Of a stretch of 64,000 bases of DNA, positions 1 through 9,368 are shown one piece after another (position 1 is the stretch's first letter; every line of letters begins with the position of its first letter). Origin of the DNA: Ignavibacteriota bacterium (GTDB taxonomy: Bacteria > Bacteroidota > Ignavibacteria > Palsa-1295). Position numbers and translations under genes: made by a program. The stretch spans positions 224,001 through 288,000 of the forward strand of contig CAWBEI010000005.1 of NCBI GenBank assembly GCA_963787835.1, in the 5' to 3' direction. The notes below the pieces were generated by a model. The model made no database searches. It had not been told where the DNA came from and worked only from the letters and a program-made list of their open reading frames with translations.

Positions 1-959
1 GTAAAATTCCTCATCTCCTTCATCGCCCGGTGATACAGTAACCCCGTCGCATCCTCGATGCGAACAACACTATGGGAGATCGCTTTGAAATCGCTGATCG
101 TTGCTTTTGTGGGGCCTTCGTCGAACTCCCTCTTTCGCGGGGTGGTCGTTTGTGAGTCTTCGAGAACAGCGATCACCATGTCATTACGCTTTTCTAAACC
201 GCGTACCGTTTCCGACGCATCGACATGGACGGGGAATGCCAAACCCTGCGCAACATTAAGGTTCACATCCGAACCGCTACGCCAGGTCGTATCCTGAATA
301 AGAGGCCGTGTAGGGCTATGCACCAGCACGCGCGAGATATAGGCATCCGCGAGATCCTCAGCCTGCTGTGTTGCTGCCTGCCGAATCTGTGGGCTGTTGC
401 GCAGCGAATCGGGAACGGTGGCAAGCATGGCATTCGCAATGCTGGATACATCCGTAATAGAATCGAGATCTCCATACTTACTGGTTGTTGCGGAAAAATC
501 CTTTCCGATGAGAATGTTGAATTCTTCGAACTCTGGGTTCATCCGGTCCTTGAGATCGTTGCTGGAGTATTTTGTTTTCGTTGTATCCCGGTTAGAGCTC
601 AGGGAAATGGAATCGACGCGAAAGGTGAGCGTGATCGAGCTATCGCGGCGAGAGTCCTTCACCGTTTGACGCAGAAAGATCTCGGTCATATTGGTAGCGG
701 TGTGTTTCGTGGCTGCTGCACCAGGAGGCGTGTCGCTTGAGCTCATCGTTACCCGATCCACAATATGGTACCGCTGAACCGAACCAGGTTTGGGTCTAAA
801 GAACAGATGGTGGCTGGTGTCGTTAATAGCAACATGCTCTGCTTTTTTTGTGGTGTCGAACGCTGGGTTTATTGCGCCGGGAGAGGCTGTATCATTTTTG
901 CCGCAGGAAGCAAACGCAGCACACACGAGGCAAAGGAGACTAAGGCGAAGGGTATTCAT
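1..959 (-). CDS. Lipoprotein, DUF6263-like; 3' end runs off the window
   Basis: Not in the ORF track. Read manually from ATG at 959: MNTLRLSLLCLVCAAFASCGKNDTASPG (lipobox FAS-C), open to the window edge. Resembles the neighbouring gene (LFFRPKPG...RQTVKDSRRDSSITLTFRVDS). Confidence 0.75.
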   Translation of the reverse strand, partial: MNTLRLSLLCLVCAAFASCGKNDTASPGAINPAFDTTKKAEHVAINDTSHHLFFRPKPGSVQRYHIVDRVTMSSSDTPPGAAATKHTATNMTEIFLRQTVKDSRRDSSITLTFRVDSISLSSNRDTTKTKYSSNDLKDRMNPEFEEFNILIGKDFSATTSKYGDLDSITDVSSIANAMLATVPDSLRNSPQIRQAATQQAEDLADAYISRVLVHSPTRPLIQDTTWRSGSDVNLNVAQGLAFPVHVDASETVRGLEKRNDMVIAVLEDSQTTTPRKREFDEGPTKATISDFKAISHSVVRIEDATGLLYHRAMKEMRNF

Positions 960-1007
960 GTAAGAAGGAGGATCTATTTAAATTTGAGGAGGATAATGTA
1001 TCAAAAA

Positions 1008-2237
1008 CTATTGCGGGCCGGAATTGGTGTTATCTTTTACAGGCGGTATCTCTGGCTTGCCAGGATCAGACATTTTACCTTGTTCCGGATCAAGCGAATT
1101 CGGAGCATTGCTTTTCGTAGAATCTTGCTCAGAGCCGCTATGGATCTTAAGTTCCTTGATGGAGACGTTTCGCCCATGCAGTACGGTGATTGGGAACACA
1201 TCGGTGCTGACCGAGCGCGTAATTTCCTCCGGAACGGTATCGATATCTACGTGCAAGATCAGTTTTGCAGTATCCTTGTATTCAGAATGTTTGAGATAGC
1301 CCTTTTCCATGGTCAGGCTTCCATTTCCCCAACCTTGATACTTTAGAATTCCAAGTGGCATGGCAATGCCTTCCAGATACTCGATGCGTTGCGGTGGGTT
1401 GGAATATTTGACATCAATAGTAAGCGACCCAGGAGCGGTCCGCTGGGTAGATACTGTTCGTGTAATGGGTATTTCAGTTGTCGTTGACGATGAGACATAA
1501 GGCTTCTGCGATCCCGCTAAACCTCCATATCCAAACTCCAGCAATTGACCCATACGCAATGAATCGCTGAGCGAGATCATCGCATGCACAAGATCATAAT
1601 CATAGCCGCGACCGATCGCAACCTGATAAAAATCCTGCAAGTTCAGAAAATTGGCAATCGTACCATCCGGGCGAAGAATATATCGGATAGTTTGGCCGAG
1701 AAATTGCGCACGCGGCAACACCTTAATATCATGCAATTCATGGGTGATATCCCATTCGCCGGCAGAATTGAAGCGGAAAAAGTTCTCTGCATGTTTGCCC
1801 TCGCCAAAATCTATTCCGGTCTTGAAGGAATCCAGAGAAGTTGACATCACCGCTGAGCCATCAGCCAGAATACTATCTACCCGCTCCGTAAAAGAATAGA
1901 CTGAAGTGCGAATACTTGGTTTTGCATCATGCTCATCGACTTGCGGAAAATGGAATGCAAGGCGCAATACCTCCGTCGTGACCACTCGGCGGAGATCGCC
2001 AACGCGGAAATGCAGGCGGAAATCTGAATTTTGGGCGTGAGCAGGAATTATCGATCCCCCAAGCATCAGTCCCGCCATCGCAGTCATCCTGAGTGCAGCA
2101 GACCGACGCGACAGCGACGGTCTGCGGAGTCGAAGGATCTTTTGCCTGAAACGCCAGAGATCCTTCGACTTCGCAATTCGAGCTTCGCTCGAATTGCTCC
2201 GCTCAGGATGACAAATGAAAGAGTTGATTTTATTCAT
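1008..2237 (-). CDS. Secreted hypothetical protein, DUF6263-like paralog, with an in-frame palindromic insert in the signal peptide
   Basis: 409 aa ORF; signal peptide ends PAHA-Q; FRLHFRVG...TERVDSILADGS...SLDS parallels the adjacent lipoprotein. Confidence 0.7.
   Translation of the reverse strand: MNKINSFICHPERSNSSEARIAKSKDLWRFRQKILRLRRPSLSRRSAALRMTAMAGLMLGGSIIPAHAQNSDFRLHFRVGDLRRVVTTEVLRLAFHFPQVDEHDAKPSIRTSVYSFTERVDSILADGSAVMSTSLDSFKTGIDFGEGKHAENFFRFNSAGEWDITHELHDIKVLPRAQFLGQTIRYILRPDGTIANFLNLQDFYQVAIGRGYDYDLVHAMISLSDSLRMGQLLEFGYGGLAGSQKPYVSSSTTTEIPITRTVSTQRTAPGSLTIDVKYSNPPQRIEYLEGIAMPLGILKYQGWGNGSLTMEKGYLKHSEYKDTAKLILHVDIDTVPEEITRSVSTDVFPITVLHGRNVSIKELKIHSGSEQDSTKSNAPNSLDPEQGKMSDPGKPEIPPVKDNTNSGPQ
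2082..2213. repeat. Palindromic element GTCATCCTGAG...CTCAGGATGAC (RPE-like), inside a CDS
   Basis: Terminal inverted repeats 2083-2093 and 2202-2212 with internal GTCGAAGGATCT/AGATCCTTCGAC pair; a half copy lies at 53625. Confidence 0.9.
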
Positions 2238-2285
2238 CTTAATTTCCGATCAACGAGAGAGATTTCGATTCGGATGATCGCTTGT

Positions 2286-2819
2286 TCAATGTTCGTTCAT
2301 CCGATAAAGCGCGTAGGCTGCCAGCGTCATCCCATCCCAAATTTCGCCTTTTCTAATCAATGCGTCGAGTTCGGCTGGCGTGACCATCACCGGTTCGAAC
2401 TCTTCACTGGATTCGGGGTGGGCGCTGGCCGCAGTCAGCCCGCGCGCCAAGAACACGTAACACTCCTCATCCGTAGCTCCGTTCATTGGATTGAACCAGC
2501 CGATCGGAATTAGCTCTTTGGCCTGAAAACCAGCCTCTTCAAGGAGTTCTGCCCGTGCCGCTTCTTCGGGCGTCTGACCCTCCTTCACACCGCCGCCCAC
2601 AAACTCCAAACTTTCCCGCTGATTCAAGTAGCGAAATTGTCCAAGCATGAGCAATCGCCCATCCTCGAACTCCGGAATAACGAACGCCGCCCCCCGTGTA
2701 TGAGCATAATAGAATTCTCCTTTCGAGTCATCGGGATGCAGGTATTCATCCCGCCGGTATTCCCACCAGGGATTTTTATGCAGGATCTCCGTTGAAAGAC
2801 TGCGCAGACGTTTGAGCAT
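2286..2819 (-). CDS. NUDIX hydrolase (ADP-ribose pyrophosphatase-like)
   Basis: Nudix box GGVKEGQTPEEAARAELLEEAG; QFRY; IWDGMT. Confidence 0.9.
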   Translation of the reverse strand: MLKRLRSLSTEILHKNPWWEYRRDEYLHPDDSKGEFYYAHTRGAAFVIPEFEDGRLLMLGQFRYLNQRESLEFVGGGVKEGQTPEEAARAELLEEAGFQAKELIPIGWFNPMNGATDEECYVFLARGLTAASAHPESSEEFEPVMVTPAELDALIRKGEIWDGMTLAAYALYRMNEH

Positions 2820-3575
2820 TTAGAAATTGTAGCAAATGCCGAGGGAAGCTAAAAAATAAGGGTTATCGGCTTTCGAAAGAGAACCAGGGAGCATTTCTGA
2901 AATAGAAGCGATAAGTTTGACATGTTCAAATCCAAATCGGGCTTCGAGACCTGGAGTGAGAAGAAGGAGATAGCTGGATCGTACGAAAGTGGTATCGTAG
3001 TGCGACGGAGTTTCAAATAGTCCAGAGAATGATTCCATGTTCACATCGTGGTAAGTATTGACATAGGAAAGTCGGGTTAGAATCATGAATGAAAAATTCT
3101 CTCTTGAGTACCCCATTGCTCCTTGTATCCATGCATTCCAAAAATGAACACTCTCTTCATTCGTCACTGTTTCGAGAAAATTGTTGAATAGGTCTCCGTC
3201 GTCAATTACCGCATTATCATGCGCCGATCCCCAGCCAACAGCCCCATATACTTCGTGTACAATGTGGCCTTTTGTTGCAGTATCGAAATACCCGACACCA
3301 ATATCTCCCGAATATTGATTCCCATTTGGATCACCAGTTTTATGTAACGCAAGCGAACCATCGGCAAGCAGACCAAGATGAGGCGTCAGGGCATACGCAC
3401 CCATAAATGTTTCACCACCCGTGGAGACAGATCCGATTGCCTCGATTTCTCCCTGATATGTCAACAATACCGCGCTGGGATTCGATGGGTAGTAAGGCGG
3501 GGTAGAAATTGGGTTGGTTGTTGCACAACCGGCAAGGGAAATCGCTGCAAGCACAAGAAGCATTTCTCGTCTCAT
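2820..3575 (-). CDS. Hypothetical lipoprotein with outer-membrane beta-strand character
   Basis: Lipobox LAGC; alternating beta pattern; C-terminal ICYNF. Confidence 0.65.
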   Translation of the reverse strand: MRREMLLVLAAISLAGCATTNPISTPPYYPSNPSAVLLTYQGEIEAIGSVSTGGETFMGAYALTPHLGLLADGSLALHKTGDPNGNQYSGDIGVGYFDTATKGHIVHEVYGAVGWGSAHDNAVIDDGDLFNNFLETVTNEESVHFWNAWIQGAMGYSRENFSFMILTRLSYVNTYHDVNMESFSGLFETPSHYDTTFVRSSYLLLLTPGLEARFGFEHVKLIASISEMLPGSLSKADNPYFLASLGICYNF

Positions 3576-3621
3576 ACTTGATGAACACGAAGCGCGACTA
3601 AAAGAAGCGTATATCCTTTGC

Positions 3622-3645
3622 TACACCGGGTTGAAACCCGGTGTA
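3622..3645. repeat. REP-like hairpin TACACCGGGTTGAAACCCGGTGTA downstream of ndk
   Basis: Near-perfect inverted repeat without a U-tract; could also act as a terminator or mRNA stabiliser. Confidence 0.55.
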
Positions 3646-3656
3646 CACCTCAGAAC

Positions 3657-4085
3657 TTACGAAAGATCCGCCAGCTCGCCTTCGGTAAAGAAGAACGCGA
3701 TCTCGCGCAAGCCATTCTCGATGGAGTCCGAGCCATGCACTGCATTCTCGCCTTTGTTCTTCGCGTAGAGCTTGCGGATGGTTCCATCGGCGGCTTCGGC
3801 GGGGTCGGTAGCACCGATCACGCGGCGCCATTCGGCAATGGCATTCTCGCGTTCGAGTGCAATGGGCACGCACGCCCCGCTGGACATGAAATCAACTAAT
3901 CCTGAATAAAACGGACGCTCTTTATGAACTTCGTAGAATTTTGCTGCCGCTTTATTCGAAATCGTCGTCATTCGCATTGCGAGAATGCGAAATCCTTCTT
4001 TTTGGATGTGCGCGATGATGTTTCCGGTATTGCCGGCAGCGACGGCGTCGGGCTTGATGATGCAGAGAGTACGTTCGATTGACAT
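3657..4085 (-). CDS. ndk: Nucleoside diphosphate kinase
   Basis: ERTLCIIKPDAV, FYEVHKERPF, GATDP, NAVHGSDS catalytic His motif. Confidence 0.98.
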   Translation of the reverse strand: MSIERTLCIIKPDAVAAGNTGNIIAHIQKEGFRILAMRMTTISNKAAAKFYEVHKERPFYSGLVDFMSSGACVPIALERENAIAEWRRVIGATDPAEAADGTIRKLYAKNKGENAVHGSDSIENGLREIAFFFTEGELADLS

Positions 4086-4094
4086 TTTCTGTAG

Positions 4095-4178
4095 TGGATG
4101 GGTAATGAGGAATGAGTAACGAGTCGCCCCTAACGCTTTTCGTACGATACTCGTTACCCGTTACTCATTACTCGTTAC
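4095..4178. repeat. Inverted pair of heptamer tandem repeats (GTAATGA/GTAACGA units)
   Basis: gtaatgaggaatgagtaacgagt ... actcgttacccgttactcattactcgttac; the right arm supplies the last codons and stop of the 4161-4760 gene. Confidence 0.7.
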
Positions 4179-4760
4179 TTTCGGCAAGGGGGTATCTACT
4201 GCTTTTCGTGCATCTTCTGGACGTCGGCGTTCAGGCGTACTGGTAATCCAAGTGGGCCAATTCTTTGTGGGGTAGCGGATGGAATGCGGTTCAATATCTG
4301 GGGTTGGTATCTGCCACTTCTCGACGAGGTCTTCGTTCCGTTCTGAAATGGTGTGTCGAATATCGGCAAGCTCTGAGAATTTAAGCCCAAAGTAACCAGC
4401 AATTCCGCCAACAAGCATTCCGATATTAAGACCCAGGTAGGGCTTACCCTCAATGAGGCGCACTGCGCCGACCACACCCACGCCGACTGCGATAACCCGT
4501 CCGGCAAAATATGCAATACCTGCACCCTCTTTATCGACATAAGATTCCCCAACGATAGGGAGTACACCGAGGGTCATGCCAAGGTCATAGCTATATAATT
4601 CTTGCTGATAGGATTGAAGCCTTTCCTCATAAGTCAGCACTGAATCGCGCCACGGTTTGCTACGGTAATTCGTGGAATCCTGAGCGAACAATTTCCCTAA
4701 TGGGACTAATACGACCAATAGGACGAGTGTGACGATCTTGCGATAATGTGTGGCTTGCAT
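4161..4760 (-). CDS. Hypothetical exported/membrane protein
   Basis: Signal peptide (LFA-Q) plus two hydrophobic segments. Confidence 0.65.
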   Translation of the reverse strand: MQATHYRKIVTLVLLVVLVPLGKLFAQDSTNYRSKPWRDSVLTYEERLQSYQQELYSYDLGMTLGVLPIVGESYVDKEGAGIAYFAGRVIAVGVGVVGAVRLIEGKPYLGLNIGMLVGGIAGYFGLKFSELADIRHTISERNEDLVEKWQIPTPDIEPHSIRYPTKNWPTWITSTPERRRPEDARKAVDTPLPKVTSNE

Positions 4761-4768
4761 CGCCAGAT

Positions 4769-5899
4769 TTAACGACGTGTGCGCTTCTTCGGTTTTGACT
4801 TTGAAGCAGTCTTCCTCTTGGCTACGGGCTTCGTCGGCTTGGCAGCGTTTTTTACAGGCTTTATAGACTTCTTTACAGGCTTAACTGCTTTTTTCAAAGG
4901 TCTTACGGCTTTTTTTGAAACCTTTGGTTTAGCAGGCTTTAACATAATAACGTTTGCCTTTTTGCCTTCTTTTGAGATAGCAATTTTCTCAATTTTTAAG
5001 CCACGAATGGCAACAGATTTTCTTCCCTTATTGCCAAGCGCTTTCAGAACCGTTTCTCCCATCAAAGCAGGACTATCAACAACGGTAATTCCATTTTCGC
5101 GCATGACCTTGATCTTCTCATCTGCCGTGCCTTTGCCACCGGAGATGATCGCCCCAGCATGACCCATCCTACGACCAGGAGGAGCAGTGCGGCCAGCGAT
5201 AAAGCCAACGACAGGCTTTCCGAAATGCTTGCCGATCCACGCGGCGGCTTCTTCTTCGGCAGTACCGCCGATCTCGCCGATCATCACAACAGCATCGGTT
5301 TCATCATCATTTGCAAATAATTTGATGGCATCGATAAAGCGTGTACCAACGATGGGATCGCCGCCGATGCCGATGGCTGTCGATTGACCGAGCCCCGCAT
5401 CGGTAAGTTGCTTTACCGCTTCGTACGTCAGTGTTCCAGAGCGAGAGATGATCCCGATGCGGCCTTCCTTATGGATAAATCCCGGCATAATGCCTATCTT
5501 TGCTTTGCCGGGGGAGATCACTCCAGGGCAATTAGGGCCGATAAGCCGCGTTTTGGAATGACGGATCTTGTCATAGACTTGGATCATGTCGCGCACTGGA
5601 ATTCCTTCGGTGATGCAAATTACGAGTGGAAGCTCGCTCGCTTCAGATTCTAAAATTGCATCAGCGGCAAACGGCGGGGGTACAAAAATGCACGCAGCGT
5701 TTGCGCCAGTCTCACGGACAGCATCCGCTACGGTGTTGAACACCGGTACGCCTTCATACGTCGTCCCACCCTTGCCAGGCGTCACTCCGGCGACGACCTT
5801 CGTGCCATATTCCAGCATCTGCTTTGTATGGAATCCACCTTCACTGCCGGTAATGCCTTGCACGACGAGCCGCGTTTTCTTATCTACCAGAACACTCAT
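4769..5899 (-). CDS. sucD: Succinyl-CoA synthetase alpha subunit with a Lys-rich C-terminal tail
   Basis: [38 protein letters not shown] phospho-His motif. Confidence 0.97.
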   Translation of the reverse strand: MSVLVDKKTRLVVQGITGSEGGFHTKQMLEYGTKVVAGVTPGKGGTTYEGVPVFNTVADAVRETGANAACIFVPPPFAADAILESEASELPLVICITEGIPVRDMIQVYDKIRHSKTRLIGPNCPGVISPGKAKIGIMPGFIHKEGRIGIISRSGTLTYEAVKQLTDAGLGQSTAIGIGGDPIVGTRFIDAIKLFANDDETDAVVMIGEIGGTAEEEAAAWIGKHFGKPVVGFIAGRTAPPGRRMGHAGAIISGGKGTADEKIKVMRENGITVVDSPALMGETVLKALGNKGRKSVAIRGLKIEKIAISKEGKKANVIMLKPAKPKVSKKAVRPLKKAVKPVKKSIKPVKNAAKPTKPVAKRKTASKSKPKKRTRR

Positions 5900-5939
5900 A
5901 AAATTTTATAACTTAGAATAGTAAATGTTATTTGCGCTG

Positions 5940-5947
5940 CAAAAATA
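5940..5947 (-). promoter_or_regulatory. Bacteroidota-type -7 promoter box (TATTTTTG) for sucD
   Basis: Matches the TAnnTTTG consensus ~40 nt upstream of the ATG. Confidence 0.55.
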
Positions 5948-6010
5948 CGAACGAAGTGACTAAGATTTTTGCAATAGGGTATTAATGGTCTCAAATCAAT
6001 CGTCTTATGA

Positions 6011-6138
6011 TGTCATTGCGAGGAGAACGAATCGACCGAAGGGAGATTCGTTTGACGAAGCAATCTCCTTCTCGAAGTGAAGAGATTTCTTCGTCGCATT
6101 CGGCTCCCTTCGGTCGCCGAATGCTCCTCGCAATGACA
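6011..6138. repeat. Palindromic element TGTCATTGCGAGGAG...CTCCTCGCAATGACA (RPE-like)
   Basis: 15-bp terminal inverted repeats with internal GACGAAGCAATCT/AGATTTCTTCGTC pair; second copy at 19282. Confidence 0.92.
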
Positions 6139-6186
6139 TATTTATTAACAAATCAGTGTTAGAAGTTACACTCGAAAATATATTTT

Positions 6187-7128
6187 ATGAAGAAAATTCT
6201 TCTCGTCTCGCTATTCCTGCACTTTTCCCTTGCCGCATTTGCCGGCCCCATTTTTCCGACGCGGGGATTCCTGCTCGATCCAAAATGGACCGGTAAAACC
6301 GATACCACCTCCATCTTCGATCACGCCAGTTATTGGGCGGAAGTTCAGCATGGGTTTAACAGCGATAGCGACCGCTGGGCGTGGTCCGTTTCTATGGGTG
6401 GCATCTGGGAATTTGCGAGATGGAGCGGTGAGAGATCCCTTTTCGCCTTTACTGGTATGGAACTTACTGCTAATAATCATAATGACATCGACTTCAAGCC
6501 ACGGGGTGCGATGTGGGAAGAGGGGTTGGTCTATGCCGTGCATGAAAGCTCGGAATTTGATTGGCAGATCGGCACGATCTACCGATGCCGGCACGACATT
6601 GATAATATCGATCCGCAGGGTTATTCCGACATCAACCAGCAGCGGACACTCATTTATTGCTCGCTTTCCGGCAAAGCCATTTGGAACAGCAATAAGCTGA
6701 TGGGGATGAACATGCCAACGACGGCATGGCTGCATGGCGATGCGTATCTCGTTCGCGAGGATTACCGCATTCCTTCAACCGATTACGGAATGGGAACAAG
6801 TTTTCAGGATCTCGCATGGTCGGTTGGTCCGGCATTTCAATCGAAGCTGGTGCAATGGAATACCAGTTCACTTTATCTGATGGCGAACGTCAATTTCACC
6901 GCGTTCGGCAACGACAGTGGATTTATCAGTCGGTTCGGTGCTGTTTCAAAACTCACGGTCGATACCCACGCCGAAATTGGTTATGAGTTCCACGGTCGCG
7001 AAGGCCGCATGCAGATCTACGCCGGATGGGAAGCGTGGGAAGACGATGGCCAAACACCTATCCCACGCAATACGCAATATGCACTGCTTGGCATTCGAGT
7101 TACAGGTTCGGAGTTAGTATCGTTTTAA
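6187..7128 (+). CDS. Hypothetical outer-membrane beta-barrel-like protein
   Basis: Signal peptide AFA-G, Trp/Tyr-rich amphipathic strands, terminal Phe. Confidence 0.65.
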   Translation: MKKILLVSLFLHFSLAAFAGPIFPTRGFLLDPKWTGKTDTTSIFDHASYWAEVQHGFNSDSDRWAWSVSMGGIWEFARWSGERSLFAFTGMELTANNHNDIDFKPRGAMWEEGLVYAVHESSEFDWQIGTIYRCRHDIDNIDPQGYSDINQQRTLIYCSLSGKAIWNSNKLMGMNMPTTAWLHGDAYLVREDYRIPSTDYGMGTSFQDLAWSVGPAFQSKLVQWNTSSLYLMANVNFTAFGNDSGFISRFGAVSKLTVDTHAEIGYEFHGREGRMQIYAGWEAWEDDGQTPIPRNTQYALLGIRVTGSELVSF

Positions 7129-7140
7129 GGAATGTCTGAA

Positions 7141-9327
7141 CTATCTCAAATGGGAAATAGGTATTCGCTGAACATTCCCATCCACACTTACCACACACTC
7201 ATACATTCCCGGTGATAAGGCACTTGCGCCCCATACGAAAGAATGTTGACCGGCATCAAGCTCGCCCGAAAATATTCTGGCAACGGTTGTGCCAAGAATA
7301 TTCACTACACTCACTTCCGCAGTGCCGCTCTCTGGAGAAGTGAAGCTAATGGTCGTGGATTGGGAGAATGGGTTGGGATAGCAATTGAAAGTAGTAAGAA
7401 TTGGGATTGATCTATTAACATTGTTTTCACCATTATCGCCGAGAATATCGTGAATATCACATTTCCAAACACCGTCTTCCCATGTGCCTGCGATTACATA
7501 ATTGTTGTATATGCATAGGCTTGTGACGTTTGCGGAATCAACTCCTAATCCTACGCTAACCGAATTCCATGTCAGACCACTGTCCCACGAGACGGAGACA
7601 TTAGAAAACCCAGGCACGCCAATGGAAGCTACTAAAGCGTTGTCATTTGAAGCAATAGCAAAAATAACGGAACTGTCGTTTAGCCCAATGGAGCTCCAAG
7701 TCGATCCGCAATCGGTGGAACGGTAAATCCCATGATTATAGGCATTGGCAAATAATAAACCTCCAGCATGTGATATCCCTTCAAACTCTTTCCCGACAGT
7801 CCCTGTATCCGACACCTCCCATGAAGTTCCATAATCCGTAGATTTTAACAGCCCCATCGGAGTTCCTGATCTGTCATATACTGAGGCAAGAATAGTCTTA
7901 CCTATTACAGCCATATCAAGGACACCGAAAAATGTCACTCCTGAATCCTGTACTATTGACCACGATCTCCCATGGTCAACTGAAAGGTAAATTCCATCAT
8001 CCGTTCCCACGAAAAACGTGGAATCGATATTGGCTAAACAGTATATGTTGGCATCTTCCAGACCGCCGCTGAGTGTGAAGGTTCTTCCATTATCCAGTGA
8101 ATAATAGACTCTGTGCATTCCCAGGTCGAGGCTATCGGATTCATCATAGATTACTACCGTAGAATCGTACGCTACCACCTGTTTCACGAGGTAATCTCCA
8201 AACGAAGACATGCTAGAGCTTTGCCACTGTTCCCCATCGTTGGAGCTATATCGCATTCCTCCTACGATCGCTGAAAAAATGGTGGAATCACTTGCTGCAA
8301 GTGAATATACATCCGTCTTCGAAATTCCAACATTGCTGAAATTCCAAGTTTGTGCGCTATCGTCAGAACGATATATTCCAAAACCGCTCACGTCAGAGGT
8401 TATTGCAACGGTATAAACTTTTGCAATGAATAGTTTGCCTCCAAACCCGAACAAGGAGCTGATACCACCAAGAAACTCCTCATGAGACGCCCAGGTGTCT
8501 CCATCATCGGTAGTAGTATAGATTGTATTGGAATATGTAGAACCGCCATACAGAGTATTGCCTATCGCGGTAAACCCGGCAGAGACATCTATGGCGTTTA
8601 TCAAAGCTATTTTCCAGCTTACACCACGATCAGTTGAACGATAGATATCAATTCCACCTACCACATCTCCAAAAGCAGCTAAGATCACTCCATCATGTTC
8701 GAACGGGATACCGGAGCCAATACCGTATGTTGTATATATTCCGGAATCTGAGAGGTTCCAAGTATTACCATTGTCGGTGGATCGAAACAACCCACCAGAT
8801 GTTGCATAAAATAATACGGAATCACACCATAAAATCCCTCCAGTGTATTCTGTTGAAGGTATTGGTGAAGAAGTCCACGTCACACCTTGATCCGTGGAGC
8901 AATATAAGCATAAAGTATATGCACCTAGTATAGCACCTATTGCATAGATTGTGGAATCGTGTGCATATAAGTTCGCAATTCCACCAAAGTGCCAAGCAGT
9001 GGGAACCCAAGTGGCTCCATGATCCAGGGAATATGAGATATTGCTATCGGATGCTGCAAACAACTCGGTTCCCATGGTTACCAGATATTGTGTCAGAACG
9101 CTAGGCAATCCCTCACTTCTATCTGTCCAGGTAGCGCCCGTGTCACTGGACAAGAATATTCCCTCTTCTGTTGCTACGAACAGGGTTGAGTCTAAAGAAG
9201 CGAAAGCATTGACATCTGATCCAAACGGTCCATTCGTTTGCGCCCACTGGGCGTTTGCGTTCGGGATGGCTGAAAAGGTAAGCGCAATCACCAGTGCAAC
9301 GAGAGCGAGATTCTGTTTCATATTCAT
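7141..9327 (-). CDS. T9SS-secreted BNR/Asp-box repeat beta-propeller protein
   Basis: Signal peptide, many SxDxGxTW Asp-boxes, CTD YPNPFSQSTTI...PGMYECVV. Confidence 0.88.
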   Translation of the reverse strand: MNMKQNLALVALVIALTFSAIPNANAQWAQTNGPFGSDVNAFASLDSTLFVATEEGIFLSSDTGATWTDRSEGLPSVLTQYLVTMGTELFAASDSNISYSLDHGATWVPTAWHFGGIANLYAHDSTIYAIGAILGAYTLCLYCSTDQGVTWTSSPIPSTEYTGGILWCDSVLFYATSGGLFRSTDNGNTWNLSDSGIYTTYGIGSGIPFEHDGVILAAFGDVVGGIDIYRSTDRGVSWKIALINAIDVSAGFTAIGNTLYGGSTYSNTIYTTTDDGDTWASHEEFLGGISSLFGFGGKLFIAKVYTVAITSDVSGFGIYRSDDSAQTWNFSNVGISKTDVYSLAASDSTIFSAIVGGMRYSSNDGEQWQSSSMSSFGDYLVKQVVAYDSTVVIYDESDSLDLGMHRVYYSLDNGRTFTLSGGLEDANIYCLANIDSTFFVGTDDGIYLSVDHGRSWSIVQDSGVTFFGVLDMAVIGKTILASVYDRSGTPMGLLKSTDYGTSWEVSDTGTVGKEFEGISHAGGLLFANAYNHGIYRSTDCGSTWSSIGLNDSSVIFAIASNDNALVASIGVPGFSNVSVSWDSGLTWNSVSVGLGVDSANVTSLCIYNNYVIAGTWEDGVWKCDIHDILGDNGENNVNRSIPILTTFNCYPNPFSQSTTISFTSPESGTAEVSVVNILGTTVARIFSGELDAGQHSFVWGASALSPGMYECVVSVDGNVQRIPISHLR

Positions 9328-9368
9328 AGTAACACTTCAATTTGCATTCAGTAGCGGAACATTACTTA

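Noticed and set aside
58-1346. Plus-strand ORFs 58-297, 225-740, 397-669, 765-1346
   Set aside because: Antisense shadows of the minus-strand lipoprotein (1-959) and the 1008-2237 gene.
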